A stretch of 64,000 nt of DNA, taken from the NCBI RefSeq assembly GCF_009914755.1, contig NC_060928.1; one strand, written 5' to 3'. The notes under the pieces were generated by a model. The model was not told the origin of the DNA, did no database searches, and saw nothing but the letters and a program-made list of their open reading frames with translations. Origin of the DNA: the human T2T-CHM13v2.0 reference genome, Homo sapiens. This document shows, piece after piece, positions 30,651-43,500 of the stretch (the stretch's first letter is position 1; each line of letters opens with the position of its first letter). A program made the position numbers and the translations under genes.

Positions 30651-32437
30651 ATGGGAAACTCCTGGTCCTCCATTCCAAAAAAACAGCCCTCTAGGCTGCC
30701 TCATAAACAACCTGCAAACCTTAGGCCTCAGGCAACATATCCACTCTAAGTGCCTTGTCGTTTCTTGCAATTCAGTCTGGCCACAATACAAATTGGATAA
30801 TGGGTCCAAATGGCCCACAAATGGAACATTCGACTTTACAGTTTTAACTGACTTAAGCAATTATTACCGATGACTGGAGAAATGGTGAGAAATTCCTTAT
30901 GTCCAGGCCTTTTTGCACTCAGATCACAACCTGACCTCTGCGATTCTTGCTCACCTGTTCAAATCCTTCTCCTTCATTCTCACCGCCCTGATCGCCTTTC
31001 TCCTCCCGACCCTACCTCTTCTATCTGGTTCAATCCAGCTGACTGCTGCCCATCCCTCCCAGCCCCTACCTCTTCCTCTCAACCGTCTTCTTTAACCCCC
31101 CAAGCCTCCATGTTGTCTTCTCAGCCACCATCTTCCCAGCCACCATCTTCCCAGCTGGCATCACCTCCAAAAGTACCCACTTCTTTTCCTACGCTGTCCT
31201 CTCCTCAGGACAAGTCTAGTATTGTCTGTACTCATTCTCCTTCCTCCCCACCCTCTCCTGAAGCCTGTAAACCCATCCCACCACCTTACGCCCCTATCTA
31301 TCCTCCACTGCCTATCAACTCAACCCCCTCAGCAGGAACCCTCAGCAGGAACCACTTCTGACTTCTTCCTTCTCTCCCACCCATACTCACTTGGGCGCCA
31401 TATTTGGCCCATGCCCCACCCTTACTTCAGTGCCAGTGCTAGAGTGCCCCCTTCAGGAAGCAGCAGGAGCTGAAGGTATTGTTAGAGTTCATGTTCCCTT
31501 CTCCCCCACTGACCTCTCTCCAATTAACAAAAGACTGGGCTCATTTCCACAAGACCCTATCTTATATTGAGTGGTTTCAGTACCTTACCAAGTCTTATGA
31601 ACTAACCTGGCATGACATCTATGTTATCCTGTCTTCCACCCTCACCCCAGAAGACCAGACAGTATCTGGACCCTAACTCAGACGCATGCTGATACAATTC
31701 ATCACTACGCTCCTTCCCAGACTACTGGTGCAGAGCCAGTCCCCAATCAGGACCCCCACATGGATCATCAAGACGGGGCCTCTGGATGCCACCATCGAGA
31801 CCACATAATTAAGTGTCTTCTTGCAGGACTCAAAAACGGTGCCCATAAAGCAGTAAACTATGAAAAACTTTCAAAAATCACCCAAGGTCCTGATGAAAAC
31901 CCAGCCCTGTTTCTCTTTCATTTAACTGAAGCCATGAGAAAATATACCAGCCTAGATCCAGCCAGCCCAGAAGAAATCACTATCTTAAACCTTTGGTTCA
32001 TCCCCCAATCCACTCCCAATATTCGGCACAACCTTCAGAAGCTTGATGATGACCCTCAAACCCTACAACGAGACCTTCTTAATTTAGCCTTCAAAGTATT
32101 TAACAATTGTGATGAGGAAAGTAAAAGGCAAAAACAGGCAGAGTTTCAAACGCTTGCCTCCACCATCAGGGGCTCTGCAGGCCCTCGGGGCTGCAGCTCC
32201 TCACAGAAGCCTCCTAAAAATCCACCTCCACCTGGTGCCTGTTTCAAGTGTGGCAAGGAAGGCCACTGGACCAGACAATGCCCACACCCAGGTAAGCCCA
32301 CCAGGCCATGACCCCTCTGCAGAGGACCCCAGTGGAAGCTGGACTGTGAACAGCCCCTGCAAGGACCGCCCTCATCCCTTCCTAAGCCAGCCACAACCTC
32401 CTACTCGGATCTCATTGGCCTTACCACTGAAGACTGA
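30651..32437 (+). pseudogene. gag: gag remnant (MA, Pro-rich region, CA, NC)
   Basis: MGNS start, WPQYKLDNGSKWP, PPPY late domain, ITQGPDENPALF major homology region, CFKCGKEGHWTRQC zinc knuckle plus a degenerate second knuckle; frameshifts and stops. Confidence 0.9.
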
Positions 32438-35400
32438 CAGTGCCCTGGAACGGACACCACGGCAACTACCATGGGTTTATCTGAGCCAAGGGTAACCCTA
32501 ATGGTGGCAGATAGGCCAGTATGTTTTTAAATTAATACCAGGGCAACCTACTCTGCTTTACCTAATTTTTCAGGAGCCACCCAGTCTTCCCAAGTCTCTG
32601 TTGTGGGAATTGATGGACAAGTCTCCAAATCCCGGGCCCCCCCTCCACTTTTCTGCTCCCTACACACCCTATCCTTCACTCACTCTTTCTTAGATCTGCC
32701 CTCATGCCCAACTCCACTCCTAGGCAGAGACATCCTTTCAAAACTCCACGCTACTCTCTACTTCCACGTTCCCCATAGTACCCAATGCATCGACCCAGAC
32801 TGCTCTAGGGCTTCTAAGTTTCTTTTACTCCTCCAACCTCCCACCTTAAAACATGCAACCTTTCCTTATCCTCCACCCGTAGTTAACCCTGCTGTTTAGG
32901 ATACTTACACACCCTCAGTCACAGAACACCACACCCCCGTCCGCATTACCCTTAAGGAGCCCACCCAGTTCCTATCACAGAAGCAGTATCCCATCACCCA
33001 AGCAACTCTCACAGGCCTAAAGCCTATCATTTCTCGCCTCCTCGCCAGTCACCTACTCCGCCCAACAAACTCCCCTTTTAACACATCAGTTCTACCTATT
33101 AAAAAGCCAGACGGAAGTTAACAGTTAGTCCAGGACCTCAGCTCATTAACCAAGCTGTACTCCTGTACGTCCAGTAGTTCCTAACCCATATAGTTTACTT
33201 TCCACAGTTCCCTCCAATACCACCCATTTTTCTGTTCTAAACCTAAAGGATGTTTTTTTTTTTCCCACAATTCCTTTACACCCAAAACCTCTTTGCCTTT
33301 AAGTGGGAAAACCCCGACACCCACCTTTCATGTCAGCTCACCTGATGTGTACTACTTCAAGGTTTCAGAGACAGCCCCCACCTTTTTGGACAGGCCCTTG
33401 CTCACGACCTCTGTACCTTATCCCTAAAACTGTCCACTCCCCTTCAATGTGTTAATGATCTGCTCCTGTGAAGCCCCTCTCAAAGAGACTGCAATGCCTA
33501 TACTATCTCTCTCTTTTAAACTTCTTGGCAGAACGGGGGTATTGTGTCTTCCCTAAGAAAGCACAAACATGCACCCCCTCAGTCACCTATCTAGGCCTAG
33601 CTCTTACCCCGCAAACCCGAGGGCTCACAGCCGACTGCCTACTTGCCAAACCGTTACACCAAGCTGCTAAAGGCCCTCTCTATGAGCCTTCGAACCTTGC
33701 ACAGCCTATTACCCAACCTTTCCGTTTACTCCAGAAGGCTCTCATCTCAGCCCCAATCCTCACTCTCCCAGACCTCACCAAACCTTTCTCCCTCTATACT
33801 GATGAACGACGTGGAGTTGCACTAGGTATTCTAACCCAGTCTAAGGGACCCACCCTCTAGGTTATCATCTACCTCTCCAAACAACTTGAAACCACAGTTC
33901 GCGGATGGCCTGCCTGCCTCCAAGCACTGGCGGCAGCTGCTGTCCTCAACTTTAGAAGCCTAAAACTATTTCCCCATGCCAACCTAACAGTTTATTCAAC
34001 CCATAACATCAAAGATATGCTAGCTCACTGCAGTGTACTAAGTCTCATCTCTGCCCCATGGCTCCTCCAACTGTATACTCTATTCATAGAAACCCCCCCA
34101 AATCACCCTGCTAACCAGCTCCCATCTAAACCCGGCCATTCTCTTACCTGAAGCTACAACCGCCCAAGACCCTACACACTTCTGTGTGAACACTGTTCAA
34201 ACTTTTTTTATCCTTTTCCAAACCTAACAGACCAACCCCTTCCAGGTACCTCCTTTATTTAGTTTGTAGATGGCAGCTCCTTCCTACATCAAGGACGCCA
34301 ACATGCTGGCTATGCTATAGTGTCACCCCCCACCACACACACACTATTGAAGCCAATCCGCTCCCCCTAGGCACCACCTCCCAAAAAGCTGAACTCAGCA
34401 CCCTCACTCAAGCTGTCACTCTAGCAGCCGGACAACAAATTAACATATATTCAGATTCTTGTTATGCGTTCCATATAGTACACTCACACTCGTCTATCTG
34501 GAAAGAATGAGGTTTCCTAACTGCAAAGAACACTCCTGTCATAAATGGCTCTCTCATCAGCAAGCTCCTTCAAGCTGCCATGCTCCCACAGAAAGTTGCC
34601 ATCATTCATTGCAGGGGCCACCAAACCCCAGACAATCATATATCAGCTGGGAATGCTTTAGCAGATCAGGTAGCCAAACGAGTAGCCCTTTAACCCATGC
34701 AAGGCCAGTTTCTGTCCCTGTCCTTGTTCTCTCCTCTTTACTCAGAAGGAGGTTTCCAAGCCCAAAACCTTCAAAAGCAAGGACCATGCTATGTCAAGGA
34801 AGGACGCTTCGTTCTTGCTCACTCTCAAAGCCTTCCTCACCTCCAAAGCCTCCACAACTCTTTCCATGTTAGTTACAAACCTCTCTTTCAACTTCTCTGC
34901 CCTATTCTCATTTGTCCTCGCCTTTCCAGTCGTGTTCAAAAAATCACCCAGTCCTGCTCTATCTGCCACTCAGTGTCACCCCAGAGCTCCCTCTGGTCGC
35001 TGTCTTTTCCTACCCACCAACCCCGGGGCCAGATGCTAGGGCAAAATTGGCAAGTAGACTTCACTCACATGCCGCCCAATAAACGGCTCCACTATCTTCC
35101 AGTCTTTGTCTGTACTTTCTCCGGGTAGGGAGAAGCATTCCCAACAACTTCAGAAAGTGCAAATATCATCACTCAAACTCTCATCATACATATAGTTCCC
35201 CGTTTCGGACTCCCAACATCATCCAGTCTGATAACGGGCCCGCCTTCATCAGCCAAATTACCCAAGGCGTCTCTACATCTTTAAAAATAAAGTAGGTTCT
35301 CTACACACCCTACATGCCTCAATCTTCAGGCAAAGTTAAAAAAATTAACTCTGTCCTTAAAGCCCAACTCACCAAGCTGGCTCTAGAAACCCACCAGTCT

Positions 35401-35845
35401 TGGACAAAAAAAAAATCTCCCTTTTGCCCTCATGAGACTCCGTGCAACACCAAAAGCACCCTGTTTTTATAATCCCTCTGAAATCATGTATGGCTAAACT
35501 TTTATCTTGGAGCCTCCATCCTTACCAGACTCTGAGCCACTTGGGATTTACCTCCCCTCCTTAATCCAGACACGATCTTTCATTTGTAAAGCAGCAGATG
35601 AGGCCGTGCCTCTCCCTGTTAACACCTCCTTGTCCTCTCAACATAACTGCCTTGCAGGTACAGACATGTTTATCTGCCAACCCGACCCTCACCCAAAAGC
35701 TACAACCAAAGTGGACAGGCCCCTACACTGTGATTGATACTCAGCATGCCAACTGCAGTGGGGGTCCAAGGACTCCCCCACTGGGTCCATTGCACCAGGG
35801 TCACGCTCACCCCTAAGGCTACTCCTTCCTCCAAAACATTAACAG
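32438..35845 (+). pseudogene. pol: pro-pol remnant (PR, RT, RNase H, IN)
   Basis: INTRAT (mutated DTGA) and PLLGRDIL; QGFRDSP and QCVND (mutated YVDD); FVDGSS; HNSFH..CSIC, WQVDFTHMP, IQSDNGPAF; many frameshifts. Confidence 0.92.
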
Positions 35846-36548
35846 TGGGCCACACCCTCGGAGACCCTGTATATAATAACCTAAACAAAGAAAAACGATC
35901 CTTAAAGGTAGGAGGAAGCCAAAGATGGCAAGGGAACAAATGGCCTCCGTAAGGGATCATTGAATATTACGGTCCTGCCACTTGGTCTGAGGATGGTTCA
36001 TGGGGTTATCGCACTCCTATATATATGCTAAGTAGAATAATTAGACTACAGGCGGTTCTAGAGATAATCACTAACCAAACTGCCTCAGCCCTGGAAATGC
36101 TCACGCAATGACAAAACCAAATGCACGTGGCAATTTATCCAAACAGGCTAGCACTAGATTACTTATTAGCAGAAGAGGGTGGAGTCTGTGGTAAGTTTAA
36201 TATCTCTAATTGCTGTCTTAACATAGATGATAATGAAAAAGCAGCTCTAGAAAGATTGCTTCAAACATCAGAAAAGTAGCCCATGTACCAGTCCAAACCT
36301 GGGAGGGATGGGATGCAACAAACCTTCTAGGAGGGTGGTTCTCTAATTTAGGAGGATTTAAAATGCTGGTAGGGCCAGTAATCTTCATCACTGGGCTCCT
36401 CCTGTTTCTCCCTTGTGTTATCCCACTGATAATAAAAGCCGTTAAAACTCTTGTTAAAACTACAGTTAACCACCAGACAATCCAAACGATGCTCCTGCTA
36501 CAACACGATGGATACCAACCCATCCCTGAAGAATACACCCAAAATTAA
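35846..36548 (+). pseudogene. env: env remnant: last ~17 codons of SU plus TM
   Basis: KEKR cleavage site (35887-35898), [47 protein letters not shown], hydrophobic anchor VIFITGLLLFLPCVIPLII; two stops and one frameshift. Confidence 0.9.
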
Positions 36549-36651
36549 GTTTTTCTTTTTCTAAGGTGCCCACACCACCCCTATGTCACGCCTGAAGTAG
36601 TTGTTGAGAAAGTCATCCCTTTTCCCTTTTCTGTAATGAAATAGACAAGAA

Positions 36652-37035
36652 TGTAAGATTCTCCGCGGGGCCTGAAAGCTTAAGGAGATGAATAATTCCT
36701 CCCTTCTCAGGCCCATTCCCAAGGCACAAGGCTACTTGTGCCAGCAGCACGAGCCAGCAAGATAGCAGAAGCAGGAAGAGAGCCAGCCAGAAGACACTTA
36801 CCCTGAAGATCGAGAAAGAGGCCATCCAGGTACAACCTAGCAGTTACTTCAGACTAGGACTCTTCCTGTTCCCAGGAGATTATAAAACCTTTGCCCCGTC
36901 CTCACTTGGGGCTGATGCCATTTTAGGCCTCAGCCTGCCTGCAACCAGACACTCATTAAAACAGCATGCTGCTCCACACTGCTGTGTTGTCTGTTGGCGT
37001 GCTTTCGGGGTTTGAACCAATACAAGAACCTTACA
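36652..37035 (+). repeat. 3' LTR (MER48-like), 384 bp
   Basis: Direct repeat of the 5' LTR; TATAAAA at 36881, ATTAAA at 36955-36960; preceded by purine-rich GAAATAGACAAGAA. Confidence 0.93.
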
Positions 37036-38827
37036 TTAGGTAGCTGTCCCAGAGAAATAACAGCATATATACAGATAAACACATTGATTCAAGTGTTCTT
37101 AGCAGCTTTATTTAGAAAGCCAAAAATTAGAAACAGGCTAAATATTCCTAAACTGATAAATGGATTAAAGTGGTATATCTGTGCAATGGAATACTATTCA
37201 GCAATCAAAGGAAGCAAACCACTGATGTGTGTTACACCATGAGCAAACCTACAAAACACACCGAGTGAAAGCTGCCAAACGCAAGACACCAGGTATTACA
37301 CAATTCACTTGATGAGAAATGTCCAGAAAAGCCAAGTCTGCAGAGACAGGCAGAAGATTAAATGGTTTCCGATGTGGTAGAGAGTGAGAGAGGTTGGGCA
37401 CAGAGTGTGACCCTTAGTGGATATGAAGGATCTTACTGGAGTAATGGAAATGTTCTAAACTGATTTACTGTGATGGTTGCACAGCTCATATATTTACTAA
37501 AACTCATTGAATTGCACATCTGCAAAGGGTGAATTATATGATATATAAAATATGCCTTGCTGAAGTTATATATAAATATGTATTTATTCTACATCAAAGA
37601 CGTGGTTGTAAAACGTTCCTCGATCCTGACCCATGATTTTTCTCCTTCTCTGGTTTAAAACATTTCCATTTAGGGGAATAGCCCCAAAACCTATAAAAAC
37701 TAGCTTTTAATTCCATAAAATCGAATTGGGAGAGCTTTTCGGAAATAATTCTGCTTTGGAAAGTGATATATAACTGTGAAGTTATCCATTTTGCAATCAG
37801 TTTATACAATTTACTGACTATCCAATGTTGACAACTCACCTACACATTTTCATTTCTTTTAGAATGAATTTTTAAGATGAAGCTTTTATTTTAAAATAAA
37901 TGGAACTAAATATTAAATGACATAAGAGCTTATTATCTGTCAAAGGGAAAATAAAATAGAAACAGGCTGAAAGCTTCATCCTGAAGTCTAACATGTCTTT
38001 CATGAGGTAATTTATCAAACAGCAAGGACAAAAAAAATAGATACAATTTAAAGGGGATATTTATCTTTATAAATTTGGTAATTTTTGAAAGTTTTTCATT
38101 TAATTCTTATTGGATTATCACTAGTCACCTCAATGATTCTTTCAACAAGTCCCCTGCAGTTTGAATTTCTGACAAAATTGAAGATAAAGTGTATAATTTA
38201 CTAACATTTCATACAATGAACAATTAAGCAAGGGATATGTTTGCAAAATCAAAATTTGGACATATTTTTATTATTTTCAAATAAAGAACATCTGGCATAT
38301 ATCCCAGACTCTACATCCATAACAGAAATTAAAGCAATTAAAGTATCATTGAGGATTACCAATAATAATATAACATAAACAATGGGCCTCACATTCTGTC
38401 TAGACTAGTTACCATAGTTGAAGAGACTAAAGTAAGTAGAGATTCCAAATTTCTTATTTTTCAGTTAATATTAGCAACATTTGCCAGGAGTTAAGCTAGG
38501 TTAGGGGTTAATCAAGAAATAAAGAATCCAGAAAAGAATGGATGATACAACCTCTCCTTTCTCTCTCTGATGTATAAAAACTGATCTACAGGGGACATAA
38601 TATCTATAGGGAGCATCTTAGTGTCATTAAATCTATTACTCATGGGAAAAATTGAAACTGAAATCCATTAAAATGATTTCATAAACATATGATTGCTGTT
38701 TTGAAATGTCTGTAGACAATCTAATTTGGTAAGTAATTCACTAGACAAAAATTTGTATGAAAATTAAATAAATAAAAGCTACACAGTATCTTTGCCATTA
38801 TTCTATCACTGTTGAAGAATAAACTAG

Positions 38828-39554
38828 TGGCCAAAATGTATGAAAAAAATGTTCAATATCACTCATCATCAGAGAAATGCAAATCAAAACCACAAGGAGA
38901 TACTATATCACACCAGTCAGAATGGCTTTTATTAAAAAGTCAAAAGCAACAGATGCTCGAGAGGCTGCAGAGAAAAAGTAACACTTATACGTTGTTGGTG
39001 GGAGTGTAAATTAGTTCAGCCACTGTGGAGAGCAGTTTGGAGATTTCTCAATGAACTTAAAACAGAGCTACTATTTGACCCAACAATCTCATTACTGAGT
39101 GTATACCCAAGGGAAAATAGATCATTATAACAAAAAGATGCATGCACTCATATGTTTATCACCATGCTATTCACAATAGCAAAGACATGGAATCAAGCTA
39201 GATGCCCATTCATGGTGGATTGGATAAAGAAAATATGGCACATATACACCATGGAATACTATGCAGCCACTAAAGAGGATGAAATCATGTCCTCTGTAGC
39301 AACATAGTTGCAGCTGGAGGCCATAATCCTAAGTTAACTAATGCAGGAACAGAAAACCAAATACCACATATTCTCACTTATAATTGGAAGCTAAATGTTG
39401 AGCACACATGGACATTAACATGAGAACAATAGGCACTGCAGAGCAGGGAGTGAGGGAAGATGGTATGGTTTGAAAAACAACCTACTGGGTTACTATGCTC
39501 ACTACCTGGGTGCAATATACCCATGTATCCAAAATGTAAGTTAAATTTTTTTAA
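38828..39554 (+). mobile_element. 5'-truncated L1 3' end (L1PB/late L1PA-like)
   Basis: ORF2 C-terminal sequence (CATCAGAGAAATGCAAATCAAAACCACA; ATGGAATACTATGCAGCC); TSD AAGAATAAACTAG (38815) / AAGAATAAAATAG (39555). Confidence 0.9.
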
Positions 39555-39728
39555 AAGAATAAAATAGGTAAATTTATTATTCCATTATAGATTCTTAAGT
39601 ATTTCAAATCAAAAACAGCAACTTTCCTAATAAAAATGTTTAGTATTAGTTAATAATTTTGAAATACACACTGCATTTTATAGTAACATTTTTTCCATAG
39701 CCCATTTCCAGTAGCCAATTACCTAAAC

Positions 39729-39773
39729 ATTTTTAAAAATTTTAAAAATTTAAAAAATTTTTAAAAATTTTTT
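39729..39773. repeat. Alternating T-run/A-run self-complementary repeat
   Basis: ATTTTTAAAAATTTTAAAAATTTAAAAAATTTTTAAAAATTTTTT. Confidence 0.85.
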
Positions 39774-40351
39774 ATTGGTTTCAGATCTCACAATAAAATA
39801 TATGCATATAGGGATGGCTCTTATTTTGGGAGAGGGTCATAAAATATCTACTTAACAGCCATCCTTAAAAGTCACTGCAATATTATGAAAATAAACACAA
39901 AATTATTATGAAAATCTACTTTAAAAGTGTACTTGTTCTACTGCTAGCTAAGTATCAAATCAAAGTAGACTGTTTTAGCCACAGAATGAATGCATCTGCT
40001 AAATCTGTATGTTAAAATAATAAATTTAATGGCTTCCTTTTCCCACTTGGGAAATCACATGTATGTAAAATATGCCCCCCATTACAGGTGTGTGTTCCCC
40101 CAATATTATAAATATCAACCATTCCAGCCGCAAATTCAGAAACAAGAGCCTCAATAAGGTAGACCGTCTTAATCTGGGCCCATTCTCTTTCAAAACTCAT
40201 AATTTTCTTCTGGCTCCAAAAGAGTGGCTGCTGTGACTTGACACCTAATTTAATCTTTTGAAGACATGTTAATTTTTACCAACTCTTCCACCATTGAGAT
40301 TGCTAACAACTAAATTAATGGAATTTAAAACTAAACATGCAGAAAGGCTAG

Positions 40352-40505
40352 GTTAATAATAATAAGTAATATTATAATATTAATGATAACAATAAGTAAC
40401 AATAATATACTAATAATGATAACTGACGTAATAATATAATAATGATAACAATATCTAACAATAGTAGTAAATAATATATTAATAACATTAATGATAATAA
40501 TAACT
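40352..40505. repeat. Degenerate (TAA)n low-complexity tract followed by a MIR-like fragment
   Basis: TAATAATAATAAGTAAT...; downstream CATTTACAGAAGAGGAGCTCAGAGTTAGTGA. Confidence 0.8.
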
Positions 40506-43500
40506 AAGCTTAGTTCCTACCTTATGAAATGGGTGGAGATGTGGTGTCATTAATGACATTTACAGAAGAGGAGCTCAGAGTTAGTGAAATTTCCTAACAC
40601 ATAGTCAGTGGCAGTGTTCTTTGTAGAAAGAGATCAATTGGTCTCTTGTTTTCTCTGAAGCTACATTTTCTTGCTATTGATATTCCCTACCCTTTTGCCC
40701 TGGTTTGATTTTGAAGTTAAGACAAAGCGGGTAGAGACTCCAATACGTAGAAGGAAAATGTACCCACTTCTTTCCTCCAACCAGCTCAACTCCCTAAAAA
40801 GCTTCTACTCCATCTGCCAGACTGATACTTCCTTTCACTTGTTACTGAACTTAGTCCTGCCAATGATCTCCAGGTTTTACCTGAACCCTTTCCACTGCAG
40901 CAGCCTTTGCCAACATCTCCTCCCTGTTTGGCACAGGAAGCTCCTGCTCTTGCCTGCCCTTTCCACAAGGCTTGCATTGTCTGCCACTTCCTCATTCCAT
41001 TTTCCCCTCCCCATTGAAGCTCAGAATTCTTCAAGATACCCCAAAATAGTTGATTCTCAGAAAGAGTTTGAGAAATACTATTTCAAATAATCTGAGGAAT
41101 CTTTTAAGTCAAATGTTGGTTTCTCCCCTCTTTTTTGCATATTTCTTTTATGTGTGATGTGTAATTGTGTTTAATTGACAAAAAACTCATTTTTGAGTAA
41201 TTTTAAAAGATCATACTGTATGCTGCATTTAATGTACACTCTTAATTACTTAATAGTATTCTAATTCTTGGCTAATATGATTAACAAAGTGTCATTCTCA
41301 TTTTTTATGTGTTTCTTATCTCTTCCCCTAATGCCAAATCCATTAATTAATTTAACATATTTATGCCTTCAACATATTCATGTTGTCCACAGAACACCTA
41401 CTTCCCACTTCTCCTATTTCCAGGTGATGGGATCCCTACTAGAGAAATACATTTGGTGTCCTGCTCATCCTTACTACTTCCCAAAGAGAAGTGAGTTATT
41501 TGGCTGGCAGTTGGACCATTGGACCACATTTCTTGATTATTATAATGCATCTGTCACATATCTTTGAGCACTAGAAATTGGCTTCTTTTTTTCTGGCATC
41601 TTTCCCCCGGGACCTGAGGAAGATAGAAATCCTGGGAAAATGTATACTTTTCTTTAGATGGACCATTTCAAGATTTTGATAGGCCAGCAAGGGGCATATT
41701 AGTGAGTCCACTTGACTAAGACCTATGCTACACCTTCCGATATATGTGGTCAAGAATAAAGATGATATTTTAACCTCTATTTGCCTGACTGTATCTACCT
41801 CTAAAGTTGGTGAGAAAACAAGGCATCATTGCCCTCAAACTCCAATGAACCTCAATATATCATTCACTGTGCTCGGCACTGAAGACACAACTGTGACTAA
41901 GAAAAAGTCCCTGCTAGCAATTCTACCACTAAAATATTTGCTTTATTTTAGTCTTTCAACGAGAATATTTCCAGCTTGCTAACCTGTTTCTATCTTCCCA
42001 TATCCTAATGCCAAAATGATTGCTTAAATTATATTAACGGCAAAATGGGGCTAGGTTTTGGCCAACTGTGGTAGCTGAGGACTTTTCCTTCCAAACCACC
42101 AAAATTACTCTCATGTCAACAATCTTATCATCAATGACTAAGGTTTACAAATGTATTTGGACCATTATAAAGGGCAATATTTGTGTGGTTCAATTCAGAT
42201 GGGATCAGGAAGGAGGCAGAGAACAGAAACTTAGGTAGGAAAATATGCAGGCAACACTAAGCTATTGCTGGCAGGTAATCCACTGAGTGATGGGAAGGTC
42301 AACTAGATGTCTCCTCAGCACAACAGATATTCTATGTTTACTTTGTGAGCAAAGAAGTTTGAAGACATCAGCTTGTCTTTCATCATGTTCCCTGGAAATT
42401 GCAAGAGAAGATACTAGGCAGTCATCCTGCTGGTACTGAATTGGCTTTCAGCAGACCCCTCAGGTACAATTCCCTGTCCCAGGCCCAACAGGAACTTCTT
42501 AAAGACACATCCCAACCAGTTCTCCTCTGCTTTCCCACACAGCTCATGTGAAGTTGATCTTGCCTTCTGGGTATAAGCAATGCAGTCTTCCTTTATCATT
42601 ACTCTAATATTTTGTGAAGGAATATGCTTTACATCCTGCTTTCTTCAGAGCCTTCTCTTATTGATTCTCAAGAGTCTTTCTTCTCCTAACAAAATCTTCC
42701 TCTTGGAAATGAAAAGTTATATTTTCTAAACTACTGTCTTAGTTGACTTTAAGATTATATTGTGAAAGCATTTGTGCCATAACAATTCTAATTATTCCTG
42801 AAGCAAAAGTGATGGCTCTGGCTGGCTAGGGCAAGAGTCTCATAGAGAAAAGTGCCAAATAGAAAGGACAGTCATAATTTTATGAGATATATTGTCACTA
42901 TAATGATGTATTCATCAAATGATGACCACGTGTCAGGCATTACACCAAGAAGGCTCACTTGCTTTATGATAGTTAAACACCATGAGATAAACTTATATAC
43001 TGTGTACTATTACACTTCCCATATTACAGATTCATAAACTAAGCTAAGATTATATTCCCAAGTCAATGTAGCTTAAGTGCACATTTGACTTCTATTTAAA
43101 GTCATTTAATGGCACTTATGTTCCTAAAGGACAAGTGAAAACCCGTTAGTGTAAAATATATGCCTCTGCATACCTCCACCAAACTTTGTTTTTAGCATCA
43201 TCTCTCCTGCCCCCATGTGTCCTTAATGAATTTTCACTCTTCCCTACCCAGATGCACACGCATTTTAACTTTCACACAACTATATAATTTTGCAAACTTT
43301 AACATCATTTTTTCATGCCTCACATATCTCTCTTCATTTCTTCTTCAACTTGAGAAATCTTAGATTTGTGTCCTAACCCAAAGAGCTCCACCTTGATAAG
43401 AAGCTCACCAATTCTCCAAGCCAGAGCTGGGCATCTCTTCTTTGTGTTCATCTGTGACCATTTGTATCTCCCAGCACTAACCACACTGCAATTCTCTATC

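Larger units (their letters stand above)
29845..37035 (+). mobile_element. Class I endogenous retrovirus provirus, HERVH48 (HERV-Fb)/MER48 type, 7.2 kb, defective
   Basis: Two TG...CA LTRs, 5-bp TSD TTAGG (29840-29844, 37036-37040), Phe PBS, gag-pro-pol-env remnants, purine-rich tract before the 3' LTR. Confidence 0.9.
28075..37570 (+). mobile_element. Old L1M (ORF2 3' half and 3'UTR) split by an MLT2 and by the provirus (parts 28075-28374, 28900-29844, 37041-37570)
   Basis: L1 sequence is colinear across the ERV: CCATATGACACAGGCTTTCCACTCTTAGG | TAGCTGTCCCAGAGAAATAACAGC...ATGGAATACTATTCAGCAAT. Confidence 0.85.

Noticed and set aside
35846-36548. Domesticated env (syncytin/suppressyn-like gene)
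   Set aside because: No signal peptide or SU; two stops and a frameshift in TM
40671-41090. 139-aa ORF in unique sequence
   Set aside because: TTG start, no recognisable domain, no supported splice structure
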